The notes below the pieces were generated by a model that was not told where the DNA came from, searched no databases, and saw only the letters and a program-made list of their open reading frames with translations. The position numbers and the translations under genes were made by a program. DNA of 63,531 nucleotides, the filler included, from Octopus bimaculoides (lineage: Eukaryota): assembly GCF_001194135.2 (NCBI RefSeq). It is 5 parts of 5 records of this genome, joined end to end, with 100 filler letters (N's around TTAATTAATTAA, not from the genome) between each part and the next. Parts side by side here need not be neighbours in the genome. Positions count along the whole stretch, not along the records: positions 1 to 22,235 come from NC_069004.1; positions 22,336 to 40,465 come from NC_068999.1; 3 more parts are not named here. The stretch is one strand, 5' to 3'. Of this stretch, positions 11,163 through 22,577 are shown piece by piece; positions within the stretch are counted from its first letter, which is position 1, and the number at the start of each line of letters is the position of its first letter.

Positions 11163-11671
11163 TATTTTTTACTTGTTTCAGTCATTAGACTGTGGCTATG
11201 CTGGGGCACCACCTTGAAGAATTTTTAGTTGAATAAATCAACCCCAGTACCTATTTTTTTCTTTAAGCCTAGTATTTATTCTATTGGTCTCTTTGCCAAA
11301 CCACTAAGTTACAAGAATGTAAACACACCAACACCGGTTGTCTAGTGGTGTTGGAGGATAAACACACACACATATATATATNNNNNNNNNNNNNNNNNNN
11401 NNNNNNNNNNNNNNNNNNNNNNNNNNNNNNNNNNNNNNNNNNNNNNNNNNNNNNNNNNNNNNNNNNNNNNNNNNNNNNNNNNNNNNTATATATATATATT
11501 ATATATACACACACACAACAGGTTTTTTCCTGTTTCTGCCTACCAGGTCCACTCAGAAAGCTTTGGTTGGCCCGAGGTTATAGTAGAAGCCATTTGCCCA
11601 AGGTGCCATGCAGTGGGACTGAACCCAGAACCATGTGGTTAGGCCTCTTACCACACAGCCACGCTTGTGCC
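11163..11671 (-). mobile_element. SINE family A, tail type 1; internal (TA)n partly in a gap
   Basis: Head at 11520-11671 and tail at 11163-11375 flank the (TA)n and N run. Confidence 0.85.
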
Positions 11672-11749
11672 TATGTTTATAATTATTTTTTTAAAAAGTC
11701 AAAACCATGAAATTCATAAAAATAAAACAGATTGATAGTTTCTTTGGTA

Positions 11750-12105
11750 TTTCAATATTTCAGGCTGAGACCCTTCCTCGGGAAATATTTGAAGAAAAAT
11801 CAGTATTCACTGTCTTCTCTATTCTCTAGTTGTATGTCTATTTGATATGTGTTGCTATAGTAACCAATTGGTCACATACAACTCTGATCTATTATTAGTG
11901 TGTCATGTATATTTCTTAATTAGGAAAAGCTTCTTTTATGCTCAACTTTCCAATGTTTCTGCCAGTAGCTTCAATGGAAATCTAGATGTCATGGTGTAGC
12001 ATTTCCATAGATGTGTCTTGATGTATGCATAATTGTTTGATAGTACTTCTGATGTAGAATTCATTGCATTCCCTACATGTGATTTTTATACTTCACATTG
12101 GACTT
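11750..12105 (-). mobile_element. Penelope-like element relic, GIY-YIG endonuclease fragment
   Basis: Frameshifted minus-strand translation SNVKYK-ITCRECNEFYIRSTIKQL...GKLSIKEAF-LIKKYT*HTNNRSEL fits the VYKITC..C...YIGST and E.L.I...P.LN motifs of Penelope GIY-YIG domains. Confidence 0.7.
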
Positions 12106-12139
12106 CAGAAATATATTTTCATTTCTCATCAACATCTTT

Positions 12140-12310
12140 CTAAGCATGATAGATAGATTCTGTCTGTGTCTGTTTTAGGATGGTGACTTCAGTATACTAT
12201 TAATAGTTTCCTGGTTTTTCTAAATTCCTCAATTCCAGTTTATTATAGTGAAGCTATAATTTATGATCAGTATGACTAGTGTGTTTATTCTGATTATCTT
12301 ATTTTTAGCA
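12140..12310 (-). mobile_element. R4/Dong-like non-LTR RT fragment
   Basis: Translation AKNKIIRINTLVILIINYSFTIINW...KTRKLLIVY*SHHPKTDTDRIYL matches the KTRKLL...HHP.AD.DRLY motif of RLE-type R4-clade ORFs. Confidence 0.7.
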
Positions 12311-12441
12311 TTGACTGGGTAATGAAATCTCCGAGAATAAACTGTGAGGGGAAAAAACAAATTAATTTCACACACACACACATCTAAAACATGGCAACTT
12401 TACTATTTAAACAAGTATTGATGATGATGATGATAATAATA

Positions 12442-13335
12442 ACCCTTTCTACTGTTGGCACAATGCCTGAAATTTGGGGAGAGGGGGTAAGTGGATCATA
12501 TCGATTCCAATACTTGACTGGTACTTAATTTATCAATCTTGAAAGGATGAAAGGCAAAGTTGACCTCAGCAGAATTTGAACTCAAAATGTAGCAACTGAA
12601 GGAATACCACTAAGCATTTCGCCTGGCATACTAACAATTCTACCAGTTCACCATTCTTAATAATGGTTTCAAATTTTACCACAAGGGCAGCAATTTTTTT
12701 GTGGGGAGGGGATGAATTGATTACATTAACTGGTACTTATTTTATTGACCCCACAAGGATGAAAGGTAAAGTCGACCTGAGCAGAATTTGAACTCAGAAT
12801 GTAGTGGCAGGTGAAATACCGTTAAGCATTTCATCTGGCATGCTAACAATTCTGCCAGCTCACTGCCTGAATAATAATAATGGTTTCAAATTTTGCCACA
12901 AGGGCAGCAATTTTGGGGGAGGGAACTAGTCAATTACATTGACCCCCCACCCCTCTCCTCAGTGTTCAACTGGTACTTTATTGACCCCGAAAAGATGAAA
13001 GGCAAAGTTGACCTCAGTAGAATTTGAACTCAGTACATAGTGATGAACGAAATACCGCTTAGCATCTTGCCCAGCATGCTAATGATTCTGCCAGCTCACC
13101 ATCTTAATAATAATAACAGCAACAATAATAATAATGGTTTCAAATTTTGACACAAGGCCAGCAATTCAGTCAATTAGATCGTCCCTAGTACTTAACTGGT
13201 GCTTATTTCGTCGACCCTGAAAGATTAGAAGGCAAAGTTGACCTCAGTAGATTTGAACTCAGAACACAAAGATGGACAAAATGCGACTAAGTATTTTACC
13301 CAGCATGCTCATGACTCAACCAGCTCACCACCTTA
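12442..13335 (-). mobile_element. Head-to-tail stack of four SINE B copies
   Basis: Copies at about 12442-12658, 12662-12869, 12880-13105 and 13133-13335, each separated by (AAT)n. Confidence 0.85.
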
Positions 13336-14189
13336 ATGATGATGATATTGACAATAATGATAATAATAATAACAATAACAGTGCTGAGGGACAAGTGACT
13401 TTCCTGTATGTGTGTGTGTACATGCATGACATCTTAAGAAACCTTCCCACCTTTCAGTTTTCAGATAGCCATCATCTGTTTAGGTGCTTTATGAGGTAAA
13501 TACCTATTCACCTGCTATATATAAATATATTAAGAAATAAATCATATATATATGCATATGTGTGTGTGTGTGTACATATACATGTCTTCATGTGTGCGTA
13601 TCAGTGTGTATGTCTTTGTTTTGTTTTTGTGTTTGTATATGTGTATGGATATTGCATAAATATATATATGTGTGTGTGTAGGTAGACATAAATATACACA
13701 CACATGCCAACTCACACATAGTGTTGTGGTTTTAGTGTCAGTGTCTACAAAATTCGTTTCTTCTGTACTGGTAAGGTGAGAATTTTATGAAGTTAATTAA
13801 TGATGATAAGAAAGCCAACTCATTATTACCTCATTAGCTTTGGTGTTGGCACCACCATAAGTAATCTTGCAGACAACAGCAGAACTTATGGCTGCACCAG
13901 TGGAGCTGCACAATCGCTGCAGATGAGATTCACACACACACACACACACACACATAGATAAATATATGTCCGTCCTCTTTAGCAAATAGGAGAATTTTCT
14001 CTGCCATTGCACTCTGTTGCTCTCCTGTAGAAGGAAACACTCCCGGAATATTTCAGGGTTAGATACATTTTAATTAAAGACAGGATGGGCATGGTTGTAA
14101 TACACTTCATATAGATCTGTTGGACTTGGACAAGCCTAGGGCTAACTGACAACAACAATAACAACAACAACAGTAATATTGTATTCTAA

Positions 14190-14402
14190 TGTAGAGCTGG
14201 CAGAATCGTTAGCACACCAGGCAAAATGCTTAGGACTGATTCATCCATCTTTATGTTCTGAGTTGAAATTCTACCAAGGTTGACTTTGCCTTCCATCCTT
14301 TCAAGATCGATAAAATAAGCACCAATGGAGCCCTGAGATCAATGTATTTGACTTACCCCCTCCGTTGAAATTGCTGGCCTTTTGCCAAAATTTGAAACCA
14401 GC
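14190..14402 (+). mobile_element. SINE family B copy
   Basis: Full head-core-tail homology with other B copies. Confidence 0.8.
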
Positions 14403-14954
14403 ATAATATTCTAGTGTCTTTCAAAGTGTTGTGTCCTCATTGTTCCTTTTCTACCACTACTGTGGTCTCTACTTCTCAGCTGCTCTGCTCTTGTGCTATC
14501 TTCATTCAGGCCCTTCCAGCTTATTTGCTTCATACTATATGACCCTTATCCCTAGGTGACACCCTAAACCACTTCCCCAGTCCTTCCTTCTCGAATCAAA
14601 CCAAAATACAACTGAATGAAAAGAAAAAGAAGGGACAATGAGATATAATGTTATAGTAACCGACATATCATATTTAATGTATGTACACTGTTGATAGGCC
14701 AGTAACTGTGGTATTTGTCCTAAGATGTTGCACAGTGTTACAAGAGTAGAAGGAATGGCAGCAACTGTGTAGAGATGAAAATATCAAGAGAACCTCAGAA
14801 AAATTAGGATGGTCAGACTTTAGTACACATTGCCATCAGACAGCAGTGTATTGGTGCCATCAACCATATTCTTCATTTTCTTCTCCATGTTTCAAAATTG
14901 TTGTTGCTGGCCTTGTTTTTTTAGGGATGTGGGGGGGGGGTCCATTTCTTTTAA

Positions 14955-15617
14955 CCTTTAGTGTTCGCAATGTTTTATCAAAAGTAATGCTTATTTCTTC
15001 ATATGTTATGAATTAATCTTGCATTATTTTGTAGCTTTGCGATTTTGATGAGGTTACTTAATTTTTAGAATGATATTGTAGAGTTGATGAGAGAGGCCAG
15101 ATCTGGCCAGTTTGTACATAAAACCTTTAGAATATCTGGGCCTGATATGGCCTGTTTAAATTACCAAAGAGCTGACTCTTTAGCATTCAGATTATTTTGT
15201 AAGGCGGCGAGCTGGCAGAAACATTAGCACGCCGGGCGAAATGCTTAGCGGTATTTCATCTGCCGTTATGTTCTGAGGTCAACTTTGCTTTCATCCTTTC
15301 GGGGTCGATAAATTAAGTACCAGTTACGTACTGGGCGTCGATGTAATCGACTTAATCCCTTTGTCTGTCCTTGTTTGTCCCTCTATGTTTAGCCCCTTGT
15401 GGGCAATAAAGAAATAAGATTATTTTGTTAGATGTAATTCTTATTTATTCACATTGCTTTAAATTAATCATATACCACCTTATTGCTTCTTGATAATGAA
15501 GTAACTTATCTTTAGATTGACATTGTAGGATAGGTGTGAGAGACCAAATCTGGCCAGTTTGAACATAAAGCATGTAGTATATTTTGGCTGGATATAGCCA
15601 TTTTAAGCACTAAAGGG
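14955..15617. mobile_element. Two tandem piggyBac-like (TTAA) MITE copies, the second interrupted by SINE B
   Basis: TTAA-CCTTTAG start, CTAAAGGG-TTAA end; the internal segment (...GATCTGGCCAGTTTG.ACATAA...GATAT.GCC) occurs twice; junction at about 15172-15175. Confidence 0.6.
15201..15416 (+). mobile_element. Young SINE B with a perfect 12-bp TSD
   Basis: AGATTATTTTGT at 15189-15200 and 15417-15428. Confidence 0.9.
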
Positions 15618-15809
15618 TTAATTGTTAGTGTTTCAACTCCACCAGACTGACCATGGTGCCGCTCCAATTAATCAACAGGTTACATTCTTTATTTTAGCTA
15701 TCATTGTAAAAGACCATGCTGTAGCACTGCTATAAGACTCAGCACCGCCACCACTACAGCTTTTATCACAGTTTTAAATATTAATGCCATCGTCTTTGTT
15801 TTCTTTCAG

Positions 15810-15974
15810 AACCAGTTGGAAGAGATGCGCTCTGAAATCACCAAAGTCTCTGGTTCCAAGTCCAGTGTAGAGAAGGAGGTGCACAATTTATTGTTGCAAT
15901 TGCACTCTTCTCAGCTGGAATTACAAGCAAGCAAAGGTTTCAACGTTGATTCTGATGCCATTAAGAAGAAACTG
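15810..15974 (+). CDS. Internal coding exon (phase 0/0, 55 aa) of an unidentified coiled-coil protein
   Basis: Acceptor CGTCTTTGTTTTCTTTCAG, donor CTG|GTAAGA, 165 nt open: NQLEEMRSEITKVSGSKSSVEKEVHNLLLQLHSSQLELQASKGFNVDSDAIKKKL. Non-repetitive with helical, heptad-like composition. Confidence 0.8.
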
Positions 15975-16008
15975 GTAAGAATTCTTGTCATTTCCTTTCA
16001 ATGTATAG

Positions 16009-16042
<34 letters not shown>

Positions 16043-16347
16043 ACTTGCATGCGTATGTGCTTTCTTTATAATTGTTAGAAGAATTTTAATGACAACGGGT
16101 AAAATTGGTGATATTCTTTGTATTGATGTTAACTGAAGGAATCAGTAACAGTTGACATTGTTGTTAAGTTCTAGACCAAAGCCTTGTCAATTAGACATTC
16201 CAGTCATGACCATCCTGTCTTTTTCCTTTCTTTTTGCTTTTTTTCAGATGTATCTAGAAGTTTAATTTTGTTAATAGAGGAGAAAGTAACTTAAGGGAAA
16301 TTTAAGGGTGGATGTTTAACCAGAAGGTATTAAAGGCATTAAACTTT

Positions 16348-16530
16348 TGTTGTTTAGCCCATGGTCAACTCTGATCAAGCAGAATTATGATCAAAAGATC
16401 TCCACTTATGACCATCTCATCTATTGTCAGGCATAATGTATCTAGAATTACACTATCAAATGGGTCCTTGTAGGATGATAGACAATGATTTAATAGAGAT
16501 TCAGCTGCTATTTCTTGTAAGGCCAGTAGC
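16348..16530 (-). mobile_element. Dispersed SINE-like family G copy
   Basis: GTTGTTTAGCCC...TATGATCAAA...GCTGCTATTTCT block recurs at about 21425-21640 and 42043-42210, and reversed at about 47480-47730; (AAC)n tail on the minus strand. Confidence 0.55.
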
Positions 16531-17105
16531 TTTATAGACATTCCATTAGATTGTTGATTTTATTTTGAAATTCCTTTCATTTTATCCAAGAAAATGGTTT
16601 CAAATAATTGAAGAAATTTTATAAAATTAAATATCAAAGGAATACTTTTATGTTTTGGGCTTCATTGAACATACCCTGGTTTTATGGGACTTCTTGAGAA
16701 TAACACCAATTCCAGTAAGGGCCTCACAATATGAAATGGCTTTTTCATGGTACTCTGACATTTATAACTTTTTTTTTCAAAGACTATGCTTTCACTTCAG
16801 GATCATAAAATATTTCAAACTTTAACTTGTTTCTGATCTGCTACAAAGTTCAAATGGGGAAACTCACAGTAAAGTATTGAATGTTTATCTATGGCAATGA
16901 TTACTGCTCTACCAGCCATCTGTCCCCTCTCTGGCTCAGCTGCTCTGCACATATCTTGAAGGCCAAACCAACGTTAAAGAACTGAACAGACATTGAAGAC
17001 ATCTGTCCCGTCTGTGTTTCAGGGGATTCAAACAGTATGGGAAAATTATGAGTCATTGGGATACCTTAACAAGGATGTATTAAAAGGGGGCAATTGTTAT
17101 TGATA

Positions 17106-17486
17106 TTATTTATCCTCACTTAAAAGTGGAAGTTGTGTTAGAACACGGAATACTGTGTTATTTACCATGAGAGAACCTCTCATATGGACTGACAATACAT
17201 ATAAGCCCTCATGTATATATCGCTACCAGTACTAGCAGATCATGTGATTTCTGCCTTCTTTGGCCCTGTCAATGGTAGATGCCCAAAAGCTAGAGATAGC
17301 AGCAATTCTTCTTCTAGCAATATACATAGATTCTCAGTGTCTAATCAAGCACAGTTGATTATCTCTCACTAGTGATATAAAAGCAAGTGCTTATGTGCAC
17401 CACAAGTCCACATGGAAGGTTCTCTCATGAAAACTATCACGATATTCTGTTTTCTAAAACATCCACTTTTAAGTGGGGATAAATAT
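17106..17486. mobile_element. Foldback MITE with roughly 120-140-bp imperfect TIRs
   Basis: Left arm TATTTATCCTCACTTAAAAGTGG...CATGAGAGAACC...ATAAGC is mirrored at 17380-17486; a lone arm recurs at about 60985-61110. Confidence 0.65.
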
Positions 17487-18640
17487 TGACTTTTGGTATA
17501 AATACTGCTTTTGTCACTATTAATTACTGTTATTGATATTGTTTTGGCAAATAGTTTATTCTGTAAGTATCATCATTGTTGCTATTGTTGTTATTGTGGT
17601 CTAGAGAAGCCCTGACCCTTGAGCAAGTGTACAATTAAAGACAATTCATTTGGGACCAAGCTGTGATCAATCCGTTTCTTTCTTCAAATACTGTATATCT
17701 AAGAATGCATCATTTTTACATATCCCTTTTTTTAAAAGAAACAATAAGAGGTTTTGGCTGCTAGTTTAGCAGATCGAGTCACTATATAATTGATCTGTGT
17801 GGGTGGGACATCTTGGTGAAGAATTTAGCACATCTCAAAATACTAGAAATGGTAAACTCAGTTCTGTCTCCAATATTTTTTTTTCATTTTACAGTGTTTG
17901 TGTCTGAGACTCATGTGCTAATTCCATACCAAAATCTTGCTCACCGTTTCCTATATCTCCATCAAAAATACATTTATTTTCTGCTCATTCCATCATTCAT
18001 AGTGTTTCTTACACAAATAGCAAAAAAACCAAAAATAAAACCCTCTCAGTGACCAGATTTATTTATATGAGATAAAATTTATCCAATTTTTATTTTGCCT
18101 AATCTTGTATGTAAATAACGTTTCGTTTTCCGTCTTTTTGTTTCAAAATTAATGGTCAGTAAAATAAATGATTTAAGTAATTCCTGTTAGTCATTCACCA
18201 GATCTGCAAACTTTCTCTCTAGTAAACTACTGATTAGGAAGAAGAACCGGTTGCCAACTGAGGCAAAATAACATTCAATTATTTACAGAAGTAAAATGAA
18301 TTGAATCAATGAATTTGGTGAAATGGTATCCTAAAATAAGAACAGAATAAAATAAAATAAAATAGAAGAAGAGGAATTTCAAATGAACCTTTTAATGTAA
18401 AATGGTGTGTAACATTAAGTGTTTGAGTAAATATTTTGACAAATATCAATTCTCTTTAAACAAAAAGAAAAAAAAAAAAAGAATTGTGTCGCCATTATGA
18501 AATTGTATGGAATTATCATGTTTTCTACAAGATTTAGCAAACAGACCATTATACAAATGGCAGAACTCTCACAGAGAATGGTTTAAACTTTCTCAAGAAA
18601 AAATACTGGTAAAATTTTAGCAAATGATTTCAGGCATTGC

Positions 18641-18700
<60 letters not shown>

Positions 18701-18764
18701 GTCATCATCGTTGTCGGCGGCGGCGGCGTCGCCACCGCCACTATTATTGTTATTATTATCATTA

Positions 18765-18983
18765 TGGCGGTGGTGTGCTGGTAGAATTGTTAGTACATCG
18801 GGCAAGGTGCTTAGCTGCATTTCAGCCATCTCTACATTCTGAGTTCAAACTCCACTGAGGTCGACTTTACCTTTCATCTTTTTGGAGTTAATGAAATGAG
18901 TTCTAGTTAACCACTGGGATCAATGTAATTGACTTGCCTGCTTCCCCATTCAGGCCTTGTGCCTTTAGTAGAAAGGATTATTA

Positions 18984-18985
<2 letters not shown>
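18765..18985 (+). mobile_element. SINE family B copy
   Basis: Lies between (ATT)n tracts; tail variant CAGGCCTTGTGCCTTTAGTAGAAAGG. Confidence 0.8.
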
Positions 18986-19016
<31 letters not shown>

Positions 19017-19310
19017 GGGGCATCCCTAGTGGTTAGGGTGTTGCAATCGCTAGATGGTGATTTCATTTCCTAGACCAGGTGGTGTGTTGTATTCTTGAGC
19101 AAAACACTTCATCTCATGTTGCTTTGCGGTCACTTCAACACCTGACACATGGTACACCATGCACCTGTTCAGTCAACGTTGATTTGGTCAAGAAAGTGAG
19201 CTAATATCCCACACGAACATTTGATCACTATAAACAAATCATTTGTGCAGCAGGTTGTTCAGCCGAAAGCCGAGTGCTCATATGCCATCTTCAATGGGTG
19301 AGTCCATCAT
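19017..19310 (+). mobile_element. tRNA-headed SINE (family E-like)
   Basis: CTAGTGGTTAGGG A-box-like motif and TTGTATTCTTGAGCAAAACACTT CORE-like segment; a related head at 50350-50457. Confidence 0.55.
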
Positions 19311-19425
19311 TATTATTGAGTGAGAGAGTAATGCATACCATCAAAGTGACTCTGTGGTACAAATATATGAAGCTCAATATACCCATCATGACTACCCATC
19401 TGATAAGGGTACACCAGGCACACAC

Positions 19426-19640
19426 TATTATTATTATTATTATTGTTCAGTAGTTTTACTTTTATAACGTGCTTTCACTTCACTACCGAGCGCAGCTCTG
19501 TGCACCTTGGGTATGTGGTGCTCTTATGGTTACTGTATTGAAAGTGTTTTGCGTAGGATGTGTGCAGTGCCCAGTAGTGCAATTTTCTGTATGTTATATA
19601 TATTTGTAAGTCCTGGTGTTTTTGTTATGTATTTGTCTGA

Positions 19641-19642
<2 letters not shown>
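19426..19642 (-). mobile_element. R4/Dong-like retrotransposon 3' end with (AAT)n tail
   Basis: Minus strand encodes KTPGLTNIYNIQKIALLGTAHILRKTLSIQ*, the typical RLE-element C-terminus, then a 3' UTR and (AAT)n. Confidence 0.8.
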
Positions 19643-19677
<35 letters not shown>

Positions 19678-22004
19678 TATATCAAGCTGGCAGAATTGTT
19701 AACACACCAGGCAAAATGTTTAGTGGCATTTCATCCATCCTTATGATAAGGTCAGAGTTCAAATTCTGCCAAGGCTGATTTTGGCGTTTGTCCTTTCATA
19801 GTCAATAAAATAAAGACAAAATATATATGCGATAACACTTCCAATCAGTTAAGATCAGAATCCATGAGAGCCGCTGCCTGGTACTGCATCAGGGCTATTA
19901 TTCTTAAGGCAACAGGCTGGCAGAAACATTGGCACCTCAGGCAAAATGCTTTGTGGTATTTCATCCGTCTTTATGTTCTGAGTTCAAATTCACCTAATCT
20001 TTGTTGTAAAGCAGTTGTTTATAAGGACGGCACCCAGCTTGAAAATCAAAATATTACACTACCTACATGACAACATGGTTGGCAGGAGGCTGGGAGTTCA
20101 ATTTCAAACCACTTAAATGTTCCTCTAAGTGGTCTTTCAACCTGCTAGAAACAGCAGCCAAACTTTCCTCAAATCACACTTCTCTATCATGAAGGTCATG
20201 TAGAGATTGCTGTTATCACATACACTGTGTATTGGGTATTTTAAACTCATCCGTATGGCTGTATTCTTCCAGAGAGTAGGAGAGACAGATAGAAAAGATG
20301 AATTGATCTCCTGTATTTAACTGGTACTTTATTAAGCTGGCCTCAGTGAGATTTGAACTCCGTACACAGAGACCCACAACTAATACTGCCAGCCATTCTA
20401 TCCAATGTTCTCATGACTCAGATAAAATTTCTGCTGCCCTAATTTCCCAGTTATCAGACCCTCATTCCTTTGTGAGAGATGTGTGACCCCCAATATTTAT
20501 TGTGTCGCTAACTTTCATCTTAGTCTTACTTGGACAATAAATTGAATTTAATCAAACCAAACTTTCATTCTGTGATTTATTGCTGCCAAAACTAACCATT
20601 GTTGCTGCTTGATAGCTTTTCCTGATTTAGGATTATCTGTGATTTCAATGTCCATTAACAGACTTGCCAACACCATCATCATTGCTCCCACCACCACCAT
20701 CACAACTACTACCATCTCTACCACTACCATCATCACCAACATCATCCACAATCACCACCACTACCAACACCACCACCTTCATCACTATCATCACCACTCC
20801 AGCTATTTGACCTTTTCGTTCACTTGAAGATTTCATCTTCTCTGCCTTTTGCTGTTCTTTAAAAATATCACTTTTTCCAAAACCCAAAATCTTTAATTAA
20901 ACAGCGTTATCTTAATGTTTTTCAGTCTCTGACTTTGTTACGGGGTCTCAAGAGTTGAATGTCACAATCTTTGCTCCGGATCACCTAAGAGGTGAAAATA
21001 TATTCACACAGTAAACTTCCTTTATTTCTGTCTTTGATTCTGTTGCCACATTTACCAGTTCTTAGCAGCTATGGCTTTTGTTTCCATATAAACACAACTT
21101 TATTGCTTAGAAAGCCTAGCTATAAAAACACACCAACATCACAACACTAAAATATTTTTGCTGTTTTTTTTTTGTTTTTTTTTTTCTAGATTCTTCCAAG
21201 CCTCACATGTACACCATTATCTTCAAACTTTGAAGATTTTTATGGAGAATTCATAGATTTTTCAAATCCTTTTCTTTTTTTTTTCTCCATTTTATTTTCT
21301 GAAAAAAACAAATTAAACCAAACATTTTGATATTTTGTATGTGTAAAATATATATATGCAAAGAAATAATGTACCTATTACTTTTGACAATAGTGGCAAT
21401 TAGTGGTGATGGTGGCGGTGGCAGCGTTGTTGTTGTTGCAATTTTCTTAATGTTTAGCTCAGCCCAAACCTCATAGACCTGTAATCAAAAATCTTCCTGC
21501 CATAACCATCCTATCTTTTCTTGCTCTTAGCACAGCATTCTCAGAACTACATCATTCATTATGTTCTAGTTTTAGGGTGGTACAGTGTAAGTTGAAGGAG
21601 TTTTGGCTGTTATTTTTTGCAAGCTCACTAGCTGCATGCAGATTGGGTATTATTGTCATCCGTGAGCGTGTGCATGTGTATAGTTAGTGTATTTGTGTGT
21701 GTGTGTGTGTGTGTGTGTTTAAGCTGATTATTCTAGTTAATCTAATGTTTTCCTAAATATTTTCCGAGTGTTGTTTTAAAACACAGGGAGGTGTTAATGG
21801 TCTGCAAATCCAATCTTTCGACTCTGCTTATCCATCACTACTGTAGCATTTACTCTTGAATAATTTATTTACTAGGGTAGATAAATAGATAGATAGACAG
21901 AGTGATATATATATATATATATATATATATAATAATACAAAGAATATATATACATGTATACACACATATATGTACATACTTACATCTACATGTGTATATA
22001 CATG

Positions 22005-22235
22005 CATATCAGGGTACAGGACGTTAGAACAATAAACTACAGACAACGGAACGAACACATAGGAAAACGGAAAGCCCCTTGGAATATCCCTTCATCAGCT
22101 GTCTCTATTCTATCTAGACGTTTCGAAGACCAGACAGGACGTACTCTAGAATAGTCTCTTCCTGAGTAGTGGATCAACCAACTACACAGAGGATTCCAAG
22201 GTGGCAAACACAAACCAAGACAGGAAAAAATGGAC
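22005..22235 (-). mobile_element. Penelope-like terminal fragment
   Basis: Contains CGAAACGTC and CTGATGAAG motifs; a related copy at about 31560-31810. Confidence 0.45.
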
Positions 22236-22335
22236 NNNNNNNNNNNNNNNNNNNNNNNNNNNNNNNNNNNNNNNNNNNNTTAATTAATTAANNNNNNNNN
22301 NNNNNNNNNNNNNNNNNNNNNNNNNNNNNNNNNNN

Positions 22336-22380
22336 CACGTTATAAAAATAAAACTACTGAATAATAATAATAATAATAAT
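22336..22380 (+). mobile_element. R4/Dong-like extreme 3' terminus (rest in gap)
   Basis: CACGTTATAAAAATAAAACTACTGAA(TAA)n matches the terminus of 19426-19642. Confidence 0.7.
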
Positions 22381-22384
22381 AACG

Positions 22385-22553
22385 AAAAAAAACCTTAAGA
22401 ATGAGAACTCAGGTTCGAAATTTCCCCAAGACACCTGATGAAGGCTAGAGGGTATATCAGCCGAAACGTTGTGTTAACAACAAACAAGATGAGGACAAAT
22501 ATCCGTCAAATGTCAATAATATACATAATTCCTCATCTCTTAAATATAGAACT
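22385..22553 (+). mobile_element. Penelope-like terminal repeat fragment
   Basis: Carries an intact-looking minimal hammerhead motif, a known hallmark of Penelope pseudo-LTRs. Confidence 0.55.
22430..22475 (+). ncRNA. Minimal type I hammerhead ribozyme motif
   Basis: GACAC (stem I)-CTGATGA-A-GGCT...AGCC (stem II)-GAAA-CGTT^GTGTT (stem I'); palindromic ACGT stem III; predicted cleavage after 22470. Confidence 0.7.
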
Positions 22554-22577
22554 GGAAAATTATCATATTCTGAGCTA

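Noticed and set aside
15864-15974. Resemblance of KEVHNLLL...SQL to the JIP3/JIP4 leucine zipper (KEVGNLLLENSQL)
   Set aside because: That segment is highly conserved in JIP3/4 and the rest of the exon does not fit; treated as coiled-coil convergence, so no gene symbol was assigned.
22114-22169. Possible fourth hammerhead on the minus strand (CTA-CTCAGGA-A-GAGAC...GTCTTC-GAAA-CGTC-TAG)
   Set aside because: G5 is substituted, stem II pairs poorly and stem I is 3 bp; too decayed to call.
22280-22291. TTAATTAATTAA island inside N runs (also 40510-40521, 45660-45671, 56364-56375)
   Set aside because: Always 44 N + 12 nt + 44 N = 100 bp, and the 12-mer gives stops in all six frames. It is an artificial scaffolding spacer for unsized gaps, so adjacency across these gaps is unreliable.
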